A stretch of DNA of 64,000 nt from Octopus sinensis (Eukaryota), in contig NC_043000.1 of assembly GCF_006345805.1 (NCBI RefSeq), forward strand, positions 13,392,001 to 13,456,000, read 5' to 3'. Shown here one piece after another: positions 48,010 through 61,330 of this stretch. Position 1 is the first letter of the stretch; each line of letters begins with the position of its first letter. The translations under genes and the position numbers were made by a program. The notes beneath the pieces were generated by a model. That model saw nothing but the letters and a program-made list of their open reading frames with translations, ran no database searches and had not been told where the DNA came from.

Positions 48010-51000
48010 TCTTTTCTTTGTTTCAGTCATTTGGCTGCAGCCATGCTGGAGCACCGCCTTTAATTGAACGAATTGACCCCAAGCCTAGTACTTGTTCTGT
48101 TGGTCTCTTTTGCCACACTGCTAAGTTACGGAGATGTAAACACACCAACATCAGTTGGTAAGCAATGGTGGGGGGACAAACATATATACACACACACACA
48201 CACCCACATATATATATATATATACAACGGGCTTCTTTCAGTTTCAGTCTACCAAATCCATTCACAAGGCTTTGGTCAGCCCTAGGCTATATAGTAAAAG
48301 ATCCTTGCACAAGGTGCTATGCAGTGGGACTGAACCTGGAACCATGTGGTTGGTAAGCAAGCTACTTACTACACAGCCATTCATCCTTGCACAAGGTGCT
48401 ATGCAGTGGGACTGAACCTGGAACCATGTGGTTGGTAAGCAAGCTACTTACCACACAGCTATTCATCCTTGCACAAGGTGCTATGCAGTGGGACTGAACC
48501 TGGAACCATGTGGTTGGTAAGCAAGCTACTTACCACACAGCCATTCATCCTTGCACAAGGTGCTATGCAGTGGGACTGAACCTGGAACCATGTGGTTGGT
48601 AAGCAAGCTACTTACTACACAGCTATTCATCCTTGCACAAGGTGCTATGCAGTGGGACTGAACCTGGAACCATGTGGTTGGTAAGCAAGCTACTTACTAC
48701 ACAGCTATTCATCCTTGCACAAGGTGCTATGCAGTGGGACTGAACCTGGAACCATGTGGTTGGTAAGCAAGCTACTTACTACACAGCCATTCATCCTTGC
48801 ACAAGGTGCTATGCAGTGGGACTGAACCTGGAACCATGTGGTTGGTAAGCAAGCTACTTACTACACAGCTATTCATCCTTGCACAAGGTGCTATGCAGTG
48901 GGACTGAACCTGGAACCATGTGGTTGGTAAGCAAGCTACTTACTACACAGCCATTCATCCTTGCACAAGGTGCTATGCAGTGGGACTGAACCTGGAACCA
49001 TGTGGTTGGTAAGCAAGCTACTTACTACACAGCCATTCATCCTTGCACCAGGTGCTATGCAGTGGACTGAACCTGGAACCATGTGGTTGGTAAGCAAGCT
49101 ACTTACCACACAGCCATTCATCCTTGCACAAGGTGCTATGCAGTGGGACTGAACCTGGAACCATGTGTTGGTAAGCAAGCTACTTACTACACACAGCCAT
49201 TCATCCTTGCACCAGGTGCTATGCAGTGGGACTGAACCTGGAACCATGTGGTTGGTAAGCAAGCTACTTACTACACAGCCATTCATCCTTGCACAAGGTG
49301 CTATGCAGTGGGACTGAACCTGGAACCATGTGGTTGGTAAGCAAGCTACTTACTACACAGCTATTCATCCTTGCACAAGGTGCTATGCAGTGGGACTGAA
49401 CCTGGAACCATGTGGTTGGTAAGCAAGCTACTTACTACACAGCCATTCATCCTTGCACAAGGTGCTATGCAGTGGGACTGAACCTGGAACCATGTGGTTG
49501 GTAAGCAAGCTACTTACTACAGAGCTATTCATCATCCTTGCACAAGGTGCTATGCAGTGGGACTGAACCTGGAACCATGTGGTTGGTAAGCAAGCTACTT
49601 ACTACACAGCTATTCATCCTTGCACAAGGTGCTATGCAGTGGGACTGAACCTGGAACCATGTGGTTGGTAAGCAAGCTACTTACCACACACCATTCATCC
49701 TTGCACAAGGTGCTATGCAGTGGGACTGAACCTGGAACCATGTGGTTGGTAAGCAAGCTACTTACCACACAGCCATTCATCCTTGCACAAGGTGCTATGC
49801 ATTGGGACTGAACCTGGAACCATGTGGTCGGTAAGCAAGCTACTTACTACAGAGCTATTCATCCTTGCACAAGTGCTATGCAGTGGGACTGAACCTGGAA
49901 CCATGTGGTTGGTAAGCAAGCTACTTACTACACAGCTATTCATCCTTGCACAAGGTGCTATGCAGTGGGACTGAACCTGGAACCATGTGGTTGGTAAGCA
50001 ACTACTTACTACACAGCTATTCATCCTTGCACAAGTGCTATGCAGTGGGACTGAACCTGGAACCATGTGGTTGGTAAGCAAGCTACTTACCACACAGCCA
50101 TTCATCCTTGCACAAGGTGCTATGCATTGGGACTGAACCTGGAACCATGTGGTTGGTAAGCAAGCTACTTACTACAGAGCTATTCATCCTTGCACAAGGT
50201 GCTATGCAGTGGACTGAACCTGGAACCATGTGGTTGGTAAGCAAGCTACTTACTACACCTATTCATCCTTGCACAAGGTGCTATGCAGTGGGACTGAACC
50301 TGGAACCATGTGGTTGGTAAGCAAGCTACTTACTACACAGCTATTCATCCTTGCACAAGGTGCTATGCAGGGACTGAACCTGGAACCATGTGGTTGGTAA
50401 GCAAGCTACTTACCACACAGCCATTCATCCTTGCACAAGGTGCTATGCATTGGGACTGAACCTGGAACCATGTGGTTGGTAAGCAAGCTACTTACTACAG
50501 AGCTATTCATCCTTGCACAAGGTGCTATGCAGTGGGACTGAACCTGGAACCATGTGGTTGGTAAGCAAGCTACTTACCACACAGCCATTCATCCTTGCAC
50601 AAGGTGCTATGCAGTGGGACTGAACCTGGAACCATGTGGTTGGTAAGCAAGCTACTTACTACACAGCCATTCATCCTTGCACAAGGTGCTATGCATTGGG
50701 ACTGAACCTGGAACCATGTGGTTGGTAAGCAAGCTACTTACTACACAGCCATTCATCCTTGCACAAGGTGCTATGCAGTGGGACTGAACCTGGAACCATG
50801 TGGTTGGTAAGCAAGCTACTTACTACACAGCCATTCATCCTTGCACAAGGTGCTATGCAGTGGGACTGAACCTGGAACCATGTGGTTGGTAAGCAAGCTA
50901 CTTACTACACAGCCATTCATCCTTGCACAAGGTGCTATGCAGTGGGACTGAACCTGGAACCATGTGGTTGGTAAGCAAGCTACTTACCACACAGCTATTC

Positions 51001-51824
51001 ATCCTTGCACAAGGTGCTATGCAGTGGGACTGAACCTGGAACCATGTGGTTGGTAAGCAAGCTACTTACCACACAGCCATTCATCCTTGCACAAGGTGCT
51101 ATGCAGTGGGACTGAACCTGGAACCATGTGTTGGTAAGCAAGCTACTTACTACACAGCTATTCATCCTTGCACAAGGTGCTATGCAGTGGGACTGAACCT
51201 GGAACCATGTGGTTGGTAAGCAAGCTACTTACCACACAGCCATTCATCCTTGCACAAGGTGCTATGCAGTGGGACTGAACCTGGAACCATGTGGTTGGTA
51301 AGCAAGCTACTCCACACACAGCTATTCATCCTTGCACAAGGTGCTATGCAGTGGGACTGAACCTGGAACCATGTGGTTGGTAAGCAAGCTACTTACTACA
51401 CAGCCATTCATCCTTGCACAAGGTGCTATGCAGTGGGACTGAACCTGGAACCATGTGGTTGGTAAGCAAGCTACTTACCACACAGCCATTCATCCTTGCA
51501 CAAGGTGCTATGCAGTGGGACTGAACCTGGAACCATGTGGTTGGTAAGCAAGCTACTTACCACACAGCCATTCATCCTTGCACAAGGTGCTATGCAGTGG
51601 GACTGAACCTGGAACCATGTGGTTGGTAAGCAAGCTACTTACTACACAGCTATTCATCCTTGCACAAGGTGCTATGCAGTGGGACTGAACCTGGAACCAT
51701 GTGGTTGGTAAGCAAGCTACTTACCACACAGCCATTCATCCTTGCACAAGGTGCTATGCAGTGGGACTGAACCTGGAACCATGTGGTTGGTAAGCAAGCT
51801 ACTTACCACGCAGCCATTCCTGCA
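48010..51824 (-). mobile_element. Family C SINE whose tRNA-like head is amplified as an 82-bp tandem array
   Basis: SINE body at 48010-48300 continues into the array; the SINE 5' start is at ~51824. Confidence 0.88.
48301..51819 (-). repeat. 82-bp tandem array, ~43 copies
   Basis: Unit ATTCATCCTTGCACAAGGTGCTATGCAGTGGGACTGAACCTGGAACCATGTGGTTGGTAAGCAAGCTACTTAC(T/C)ACACAGC(C/T); period 82 (48301, 48383, 48465). Confidence 0.97.
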
Positions 51825-52624
51825 CATTTGTATGTAATATATTTGCATTTGTACAAGTATGAGATATATATTGAATCCTTTCCTGATTATTTGCTTTCTC
51901 ACAAGTATCTCATGAACTATAATTAAATATAGGCGCAGGAGTGGCTGTGTGGTAAGTAGCTTGCTTACCAACCACATGGTTCTGGGTTCAGTCCCACTGC
52001 GTGGCATCTTGGGCAAGTGTCTTCTGCTATAGCCCCGGACCAACCGATGCCTTGTGAGTGGATTTGGTAGATGGAAACTGAAAGAAGCCCGTCGTATATA
52101 TGTGTATATATATATGCGTGTGTGTGTTTGTGTTTCTGTGTTTGTCCCCCTAGTATTGCTTGACAACCGATGCTGGTGTGTTTATGTCCCCGTTACTTAG
52201 CAGTTCGGCAAAAGAGACCGATAGAATAAGTACTGGGCTTACAAAAGAATAAGTTCCGGGGTCGAGTTGCTCGATTAAAGGCGGTGCTCCAGCATGGCCG
52301 CAGTCAAATGACTGAAACAAGTAAAAGAATAAAAGAATAAAATACATACATAAATACATACATATAAAACAAGTTAAAAATAGTGGTCATTACATATTTT
52401 TCCTTTATTGGAGAAAACTTGGCTTACAACTGTTTCCAGTAATCATTATAGGTACATTACTGATAGGTTTACTTAATTAGTCTATTGATCAATAACGAAA
52501 AATTAAATGACCTAAAAAGATTAATGCTAATTTCATCAAAGCCATTTCTGGTTATAACAGAGCAGAAAACTGCAGTTCTGGTGAGTGTATGTGGGGGAGA
52601 GGAAAAGATAGAGAGATGCAAGTA

Positions 52625-52671
<47 letters not shown>

Positions 52672-53252
52672 TATCAGCAGGTATGGCTGTGTTTATTAAA
52701 AATTTCACTTCTTAATCCCAGGTTTTCAGTTCTGGTCTTTTGGGGCACCACCTGACATAAGAGACCCTTCTGTTATAACCTTTGGCTGACAAACATGTGT
52801 TAAGTGTGCACATTTGTGTCTGTGTTCACCACACACCTGATGACCACTTGACAACCATAACATAGCAGTTCAGGTAAAGAGACTGATAGAGTAAGCAGAT
52901 GACTTCAAAAAACAAACAAAAAAAAAAACACGTAAGTACTGGAATCAGTTTGTTCAACAAAGAAAACCCTACAAAACAGTGCTCCAGCATGACCACATTC
53001 AAATGATTGAAACAAGTCTGGATAAAAGCTAACTTCTGAGAGAGGGATGAAACTTGAAAAACGAGTTTGTTGTTGGTTAATAAAACTGGGTTATTGGGTA
53101 GACAGACCATTCATATGTTTGGGGTCCATGGGAAATTTCATTTAAATAAAAGGGGTCATTTTTAGTGAGAAGGTTGGAAACCACAGTCATAAAGACTCCT
53201 TTGTTGGTTCCATAACGAGTCGTTGTTTACAATTGTCTAGCATTGAATAAAT

Positions 53253-53395
53253 TTCTTCTCAGCTTAATATCTGATCTGGTCCCTTTTGGGGGCTATCGAT
53301 ATTAAACTAATTTTTATAACAAAGGAAACAGTTAGGCTTGCTTTGCCATTGTTGCAGGTTAGCCTGGTATTGCAGGACTTCTGGGATTCAACCCC
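53253..53395 (+). pseudogene. U2 snRNA pseudogene, 5'-truncated
   Basis: TTCTT.TCAGCTTAATATCTGAT (stem IIa), TTAAACTAATTTTT (Sm-site region), GCTTGCT and GGTTAGCCTGGTATTGCAG.AC...GGGATT (stem-loop IV) are colinear with metazoan U2 as recalled. The first ~40 nt are absent. Confidence 0.8.
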
Positions 53396-53514
53396 TATTC
53401 TTAAAATAGGTGTAGACATGGCTGTTTGGCTAAGAAGCTTGCTTTACAATCATATGGCTTCAGGTTCAGTCCAACTGTGCAGCACCTCAGGCAAGAATCT
53501 CCTATGATTCTTGG

Positions 53515-53897
53515 CAGTGGGCTGGCAAAAAGGTTAGAGCGCCGGGCAAAATGCTTAGCGGTATTTCATCTGCCGTTACATTCTGAGTTCAAATTCTGTC
53601 GAGGTTGACATTGCCTTTCATCCTTTTGGGGTCAATAAATTAAGTACCAGTTACGCAATGGGGCCGATATAATCGACTTAATCCGTTTGTCTGTCCTTGT
53701 TTGTCCTCTCTGTGTTTAGCCCCTTGTGGGTAGTGAAGAAATAGGTATTTCATCTGTTGACTTTGCCTTTCATCCTTTAGGGAGTCGATAAATAAAGTCC
53801 CAGTTATGCACTGGGGGCGATGTAATCAATTTAATCCCTTTGTCTGTCCTTGTTTGTCCCCTCTATGTTTAGCCCCTTGTGGGCAATAAAGAAATAA
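53515..53897 (+). mobile_element. Family A SINE dimer nested in a family C SINE
   Basis: TSD-like AAGAATCTCCTA on both sides; internal junction AAGAAATA|GGTATTTC. Confidence 0.75.
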
Positions 53898-55365
53898 GAA
53901 TCTCCTAAGATAACCCTAAGTCAACCAACAGCTTGTGAGTAAATTTGAAGGACGGAAACTGTGTGAAGATTGTCATATACATACACACACACACACACAC
54001 ACACAAAATCTATATATGAATGTATGGAAATAATGTGTAGAATTTTACATTAGCAGCACCATTATCATTTGCAAAAAGCAAATTCATATATAAAATTTAA
54101 AAAAAAACATTCACACAAATGCTTTTTCAGCTTGAAACAATTTAGAGAAATGTGATAGACAGGGTATTGTGATCACCATCAAAGCTATAGAACGGAATAT
54201 TGGCAATTTAAAGCATAAAGAGGTTAGACAGACAGACCTGGAGCAGAAGAAGGCATGCCACTTATGAAGTTGCAGATGATAACAAAAAGACATTGTGAAA
54301 TCAAGCTGATTGATTGATTGACTGAATTATCAGACAATTGATTAGTTAATTGGTTAAATGGTTAACCGATTGATTAATGATAGTAAAAGAGGTGAAAAAG
54401 GTTGTTCTTCTTAACCAAAGCAAAAAAAACCCACCATCAACAAATGACAAGAGTTGCACAACACTAATTGACTAATAAAACACTATCGATCTTCACATAT
54501 CACATCTCCATGTACCTGTGTAGATCGGAGCAAGATTCAGTCTCTGTTTTGTCTTGACAAATGGAAATATTACAAGCATTAGGTGAAGAAAAGTGCCAAT
54601 TGATTCTAACTTGAATTGAGTTTCAGAAGTTTGCTTCACAACTACAGGGTTTCATGTCCATCCATACTGCTCAGCATCTTCAATAAGTAACTTCTGCCAA
54701 AGCTATGGGGTGCCCAAAGCCTTGTGATTGCATTTGATCGATGGAAACTGAAAGAATCCCATTTGTGTGTGTGTGTATGCGTGCATGTGTGTGTGTTAGT
54801 GTCTCCTAGTCATTCATTTACTGTGTTCCATGAAAACCTATCCAGCCATTTTACTGTTCATGCTTGAAGGATAAAGGAAAATATTACTTAGTTTGGAAAC
54901 AGGTACGGGTTGGTCACAGGAAGAGCATCCAGCTGTAGAGAACGTGTCTCAATGAACTTTATTTGACCCATGCAAAAGTGATAGTTAAAAATGTTGGTGA
55001 TGCTGATGATGATAATACTGATATATATTCTTTTATTCGTTTCACTGTGACCATGCTGGAGCACCACCTTAAAAAGTATATATATATATATATATTTCTT
55101 TACTACCCACAAGGAGCTAAACATAGAGGGGACAAACAAGGACCGACAAACGGATTAAGTCGATTACATCGACCCCAGTGCGTAACTGGTACTTAATTTA
55201 TCGACCCCGAAAGGATGAAAGGCAAAGTCGACCTCGGTGGAATTTGAACTCGGAACGTAACGACAGATGAAATATGGCTACTCATTTCGCCCGGCGCGCT
55301 AACATTTCTGCCAGCTCACCACTGTGTGTATATATGTGTGTATATATATATACACACACATACAA

Positions 55366-55417
<52 letters not shown>

Positions 55418-55499
55418 ATATGTATGTATATGAGTGTATATATGTGAGAGTATGTATGTGTGTGTGTGTGTCTCTCTCTCTCTCTCTCTCACTCTCTCT

Positions 55500-55536
<37 letters not shown>

Positions 55537-55783
55537 TCTCTCTCTCTCTCTCTCTCTCTCTCTTGCTGTCTTAACATCACATGATAGCTGTAAACAATTG
55601 TTATTGTCTTTCTGATATTCTGAAAAGATATGTCTGACCATGGGGAAACGTCACCTGGCTTGGAAGCCGGTAAGGGCTGGTGACAGAAAAGGCACCCAGC
55701 TGTACAAAATTGGATTCAATTATATCTGTCCAACCCATGCAAGCAGGGGAAAATGGATGTTAAAACGATGATGAAAATAATGT

Positions 55784-55822
<39 letters not shown>

Positions 55823-56659
55823 CAGTTCAAAGCAAGTCAGAGTGGAAAACAGACATTAAATGATGATGATGATGATGATATATACGATGTATATATGGTG
55901 TAGCTTATGTAGAATAAGTATTAAAATATTCAATGTGCACACAGTATGTAGTGTGCTATGTACACGTGTTTATAGGTAGCTATGTGTTTAATTACATACC
56001 TTAGTTTTCGCTGGTATGTGTACAAACACAGTCACCTACAGGCAGACACTCACATACCACATACTCATATGCGTGTGTGTGGGTGTGTGGGGGGAGGGAC
56101 TCCCTATATATATGTCTATAAGGGAGACACACACACACACACACACATAGAGAGAGAAAAAGAATGACTGATTATTGATAATGACACAGGTACATAGATG
56201 CAAATATATGCATACATACACATACATATACAAACGTGTCCCAGTTTCAAAATATTATCAGTGAAGATTTTCTTTCTTTTTCTCAGGTAACAACAACAAC
56301 AGCAGCAACAAAAACAACAACAACACAATTTTTTTTTTTTGTTTGGTTTCTTTTTTTATTTTATTTTTTGCACAGTATCGCAACCTACTGACACACATGT
56401 GTAATTTATTCAAGGGATTGCTACTTAGATACTTAAAAAACATCCATCATTTTAATTTGTGTTTTTTTTTTCTGTGGCTGTATGGTTAGGCTTCCCAACC
56501 ACATGGACTTCAGTTCAATCGACTGCATGACACCTCGGGCAAGTGTCTTCTACTATAGCCTCAGGCCAATCAAAGCCTTGTGAGTGGATTTGGTTTTAGT
56601 AGAGACAGAGGCTGAAAGAAGCGTGGTGATATAAATCGAATTGAACCAGCCAGGATCCC

Positions 56660-57430
56660 TGGTCTGGTGGTACGTAAAAAGCACTATCCGACTCGTGGCC
56701 GATGCCAGCACCGCCTCGACTGGCTTCCGTGCCGGTGGCACATAAAATACACCAATCTGACCGTGGCCGTTGCCAGCCCCGCCTGGCACCTGTGCAGGTG
56801 GCACGTAAAAAGCACCCACTACACTCACGGAGTGGTTGGCGTTAGGAAGGGCATCCAGCTGTAGAAACATTGCCAGATTAGACTGGAGCCTGGTGCAGCC
56901 TTCTGGCTTCCCAGAACCCTGGTCGAACCGTCCAACCCATGCTAGCATGGAGAACGGACGTTAAACGATGATGATGATGATCATCATCATCATCATCATT
57001 TAGCATCCGTTTTCCATTCTAGCATGGGTTGGACGGTTCAACTGGGGTCTGTGAAGCTGGAAGGCTTCATCAGGCCCAGTCAGATCTGGCAGTGTTTCTA
57101 CGGCTGGATGCCCTTCCTAACGCCAACCACTCCGTGAGTGAAGTGGGTGCTTTTTACGTGCCACCCACACAGGTGCCAGACAGAGCTGGCAAACGGCCAC
57201 GAACGGATGGTGCTTTTACGTGTCACCGGCACAGGGCCCAGGCGAGGCTGGCAACAGACACTAACGGATGGTGCTTTTATGTGCCACCGACACGGGGGCC
57301 AGACAGAGCTGGCAAACGGCCACAAACGGATGGTGCTTTTACGTGCCACCGACACAGGGGCCAGACAGAGCTGGCAAACGGCCACGAACAGATGGTGCTT
57401 TTACGTGTTACCGGCACGGGGGCCAGGCGA
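56660..57430. repeat. Tail-to-tail pair of family D repeats (imperfect palindrome) with internal ~60-bp tandem units
   Basis: (GAT)n meets (TCA)n at ~56980 and the arms are reverse complements. Confidence 0.85.
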
Positions 57431-57668
57431 GGCTGATATATATATCAATGTAACCACATACATGCTGTTGGCAATTTCCTTTCCTTCTTAGGACTTTTCC
57501 CTTTCTCCTTTGCAACAAAGAGCTATGCTCGAAACATCAAACTCTCTCTTTTCACTGAGCGTCAAGCTAATACATACCTTGTGCACATCCTCTCGTCTGT
57601 GCACAGATTTAAAATTTTATTATTCGTTTTTTTAATTGATTGTTTATTTGAATTGACTATTTCAATTG

Positions 57669-57724
<56 letters not shown>

Positions 57725-58275
57725 GGGAAGGTTTACGAAAATAAGCAAAAGACAAAGGCAGGTGGAGTACAAACAAACAAATGTATTAGTATAGCGCTCA
57801 GGAATAGAAATAGAAAAAGTCTTTTACGTTTCGAGCCTACGCTCTTTGACAGAAAGATACACAGAAAAAAACAAGGAGAGAAAAAAATGTGTGTGTGTAT
57901 ATATATGTATATATATATATACACACACACATGTGTGTATAGAATATGTATCAGATTTTAGAAAAATAGATTGAAAGAACAGGTGTCAAATTGTTCAGCT
58001 AAATCCTTCAAGAGAGTGCCTCAGCATGGCCGCAATCCTATAACTAAAACAAGTAAAAGATAATGTTTTAATAAAAAAAGAATTCAAAGTAAAGAAACCT
58101 GGGGATTTTCATTTATCTTATAACATGGCTGTGTGGTAAGACGCTTGCTTTCAAACCACATAATTCCAGGGTCAATCTCACTGCATGCCACCTTGGGCAA
58201 GTGTCTTCTACCATAGCCTTGGCTGACCAAAGCCTTGTGAGTGGATTTGGTAGATGGAAACTGAAAGAAGCCCAT

Positions 58276-58367
<92 letters not shown>

Positions 58368-58577
58368 TGTGTGTTTGTCTTTGTGCCTGTGTTTGTTCCA
58401 CCACCAACCTATTTTGGTGTGTTTACATCCTTGCAACTTCGCAGTTTGGCATAAAAGAGATTGATAGAGTAAGTACTAAGCTTACAAAGAATAAATCTTG
58501 GTGGGCTGATTTCTATGACTAAAACCTTTTAAGGCAGTCCCCCAGTATGGCCGCAGTCAAATGACTTAAACAAGTGG

Positions 58578-58961
58578 TGGAAGCACTCCGTCGGTTACGA
58601 CGATGAGGGTTCCGGTTGATCCGAATCAACGGAACAGCCTGCTCGTGAAATTAACGTGTAAGTGGCTGAGCACTCCACAGACACGTGTACCCTTAACGCA
58701 GTTCTCGGGGATATTCAGCATGACACAGAGAGTGACAAGGCCGGCCTTTTGAAATACAGGTACAACAGAAACAGGAAGTAAGAATGAGAGAAAGTTGTGG
58801 TGAAAGAGTACAGCAGGGATCACCACCATCCCCTGCCGGAGCCTCGTGGAGCTTTTAGGTGTTTTCGCTCAATAAACACTCACAACGCCCGGTCTGGGAA
58901 TCGAAACCGCGATCCTATGACCACAAGTCCGCTGCCCTAACCACTGGGCCATTGCGCCTCC
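58578..58961 (-). mobile_element. Family B SINE nested in the 3' end of a family C SINE
   Basis: TSD ACTTAAACAAGT. Confidence 0.9.
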
Positions 58962-59339
58962 ACAAACTTAAACAAGTAAAAGTGTAGCAAATACCATATA
59001 CAAATTTCCAAAATTTCAACTTCCTTCTCTGTGGCTCACTCTCTAATGTCCAAACTAAAACTTCTTAGGCATGTGAGGACTGCAGCTTGTTGCAGCAGCA
59101 AATTCTACATTCACACAAGCCCTGCCTTTCTATATATCCTAAACACATGGATACATCAGCCTACACCACTCCCAGATCGCTGCTATGATGCTATTCTAAG
59201 ACTCTATTCTTTCTCATTTCAGATTCATGTATGACACTCCAGAATCATAGTACAACATTAATTTAACACATTCTTCTTCCTATGAGTCAACAAAGAAACT
59301 ATTGCATAGTCACTCAGCTTGTCAGAAACTGCAGTTGAA

Positions 59340-59780
59340 TTTTCCTCAAATTACACCAGTAAAAATTTTTCTCAAAATACACCAGTAAAAATTTACCTCA
59401 AATCACATCCTCAAAATTCCCCTCAAATCATATCCCTAAACAGTTCCCTCAAATCATACCCTAAAAAATTTCCCTCAAACTACACCCTTGAAAACTTTCT
59501 GCAAATCACACCCTTAAAATATTTCACAAATCACAGCCTTAAAAACGACCCTCAAATCACATCATAAAATATTGCCCTGAATCACTCCATTAAAAATTGT
59601 CCTCAAATCACACCATTAAAAAATACCCTTAAACCACACCCTTAAAAATTTCTCTCAAATCTCACCTTGTTTCTCTCAAATCAAACACCTCACAATTCCC
59701 TGCAAATCATATCCTTAAAAATCTTCCTTAAATCATGCCTTAAAAATTTCCCTGAAATCACAACCCCCAAAAAAATTTTC
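59340..59780. repeat. Degenerate ~25-bp CA-rich minisatellite (CTCAAATCACACCCTTAAAAATTT-like)
   Basis: Recurring CTCAAATCA.AC motif. Confidence 0.7.
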
Positions 59781-60570
59781 CTCCTCAAGACAACATGCCA
59801 TAAAAGAAAGAAAAGACAAGTCTGAAAAAATTGACAGGATATGATTTGAAATCCACTGATCAAATGTTTGCTCATTTTGAGATGACCCAGGGCTCAATAT
59901 TAATACCAAAACCTATTCCTTTCAGTTCAATCTAGATGAACATAAAACAAAACATGCATACAATAGCTGCCACATTATTAATGTTTTCACAAGTGCCAAC
60001 TCGGTGTTGGCATGTGAACACATTACGAATGCTGGAATGTACACTCACACACATTACCAATTTTAGTTGAAGAGCAGAAACAATAATAAATTTGATGTTC
60101 TGGCTGGGTTGTTTTTTTCTGCCTTTAACACAGCCACAATCAAAACTTACAAGGCAGACTAAAATAGGAGATGTAGGGGAAGGACAACCAACAAGCTCAG
60201 ACCGACCCCTTACTACTCTTTTGTTGATAAACCATAACATATTACAAATATTGATTTCATCACATACACAAAAAAAAGGGAGTTCAAAGTCAACAGCAAA
60301 AAGGATCTTCTTATCAAGTAGCTTGGGGTTATGTAGTTGGAGAGCTTGCTTCCCAACAACATGGTTATTCCTTCAGTCCTACTGAGTGGTTCATTGGGGA
60401 AGTGTCTTCTACTATAGCTCCAGGTCAACCAAAGCCTTGAGTGGTTATCAGGTTGTGTGTGTCTCTCTCTGTATTGCTCAATATATATATATATATTATA
60501 TATATATATATATATATACGGAGATGTACTTGCATAGCAAGTGACCTGATTTGAGATGCAGCATGAAGTT

Positions 60571-60619
60571 TTGTCAGTGAACAGGTCGCGCTCTCAAAGC
60601 AACGAAAGTATTTTGACAA
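60571..60619 (+). ncRNA. Hammerhead-like motif with G3-C8 core variant
   Basis: TTGTCA-GTGAACA-G-GTCGC-GCTCTCAAA-GCAAC-GAAA-GTAT-TT|TGACAA. It sits inside a ~190-bp element (60519-60710) flanked by (TA)n. Confidence 0.6.
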
Positions 60620-60962
60620 CTTAAATTTAAATGTTGAAGTGAATCTAACGGTTTTTGTGTGTTTCTTAAATGGCTTATAAACACCTTCCACGCTGCAATT
60701 GTTTTTGTTATATATATATATAAATGCACATAAATAAAGGTTACAAACATCATTAAGGAATAGCAAAATCCTATGAAAGTACAGGTAAGTTACGTATACA
60801 AAGGATGTTGAACATTACAGTTAATACTCAACTGCAAGGTAAACTGTGGTTTATAGATATTTATTTAATTTTAATAAGATAAAAAAATAGAGGGATAATT
60901 AATAATTTATTATTTATATATATATATACATATAACTACACACACACACACACACATATATA

Positions 60963-61330
60963 TACAGGGTGTAATTGTTAAATTGTCACCATTTGATATT
61001 TTCAATTTCATGCATGTGTATTATTTGTCTTTGATTTTGCTGACTACGCAGTATTGTTGGGCACTATCTGTAAGAAAAACAGCACCATGACATAATTCAC
61101 CCCACCAGAAGATTGGAAATGACATACTGTAGTGCTTGACAAGTAGATGCTGAAGACACAGAACAATCGTTGGCTTGCCATGTCTCCAAAACATCCAGTC
61201 AACATCATGGTGTTTAGAGTGATCACTAGTGACGGTGACATTATGCCTCCATTCGTCTTCCCACACAGCCTCAGAGTCAACATGGAGGCCTACATCAAGT
61301 GCCTGGAGGAGGTAGTACTGCCCTGGATGA
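60963..61330 (+). pseudogene. Tc1/mariner (maT/DD37D-like) internally deleted transposase remnant
   Basis: TA|CAGGGTG terminus; QNNRWLA..KHPVNIMVF.VITSDGDIMPPFVFP..L.VN...Y.KCLEEVVLPW. Confidence 0.75.

Noticed and set aside
48301-51819. CRISPR-like regular array
   Set aside because: Whole units are near-identical with no unique spacers, there are no cas genes, and the unit derives from a SINE head.
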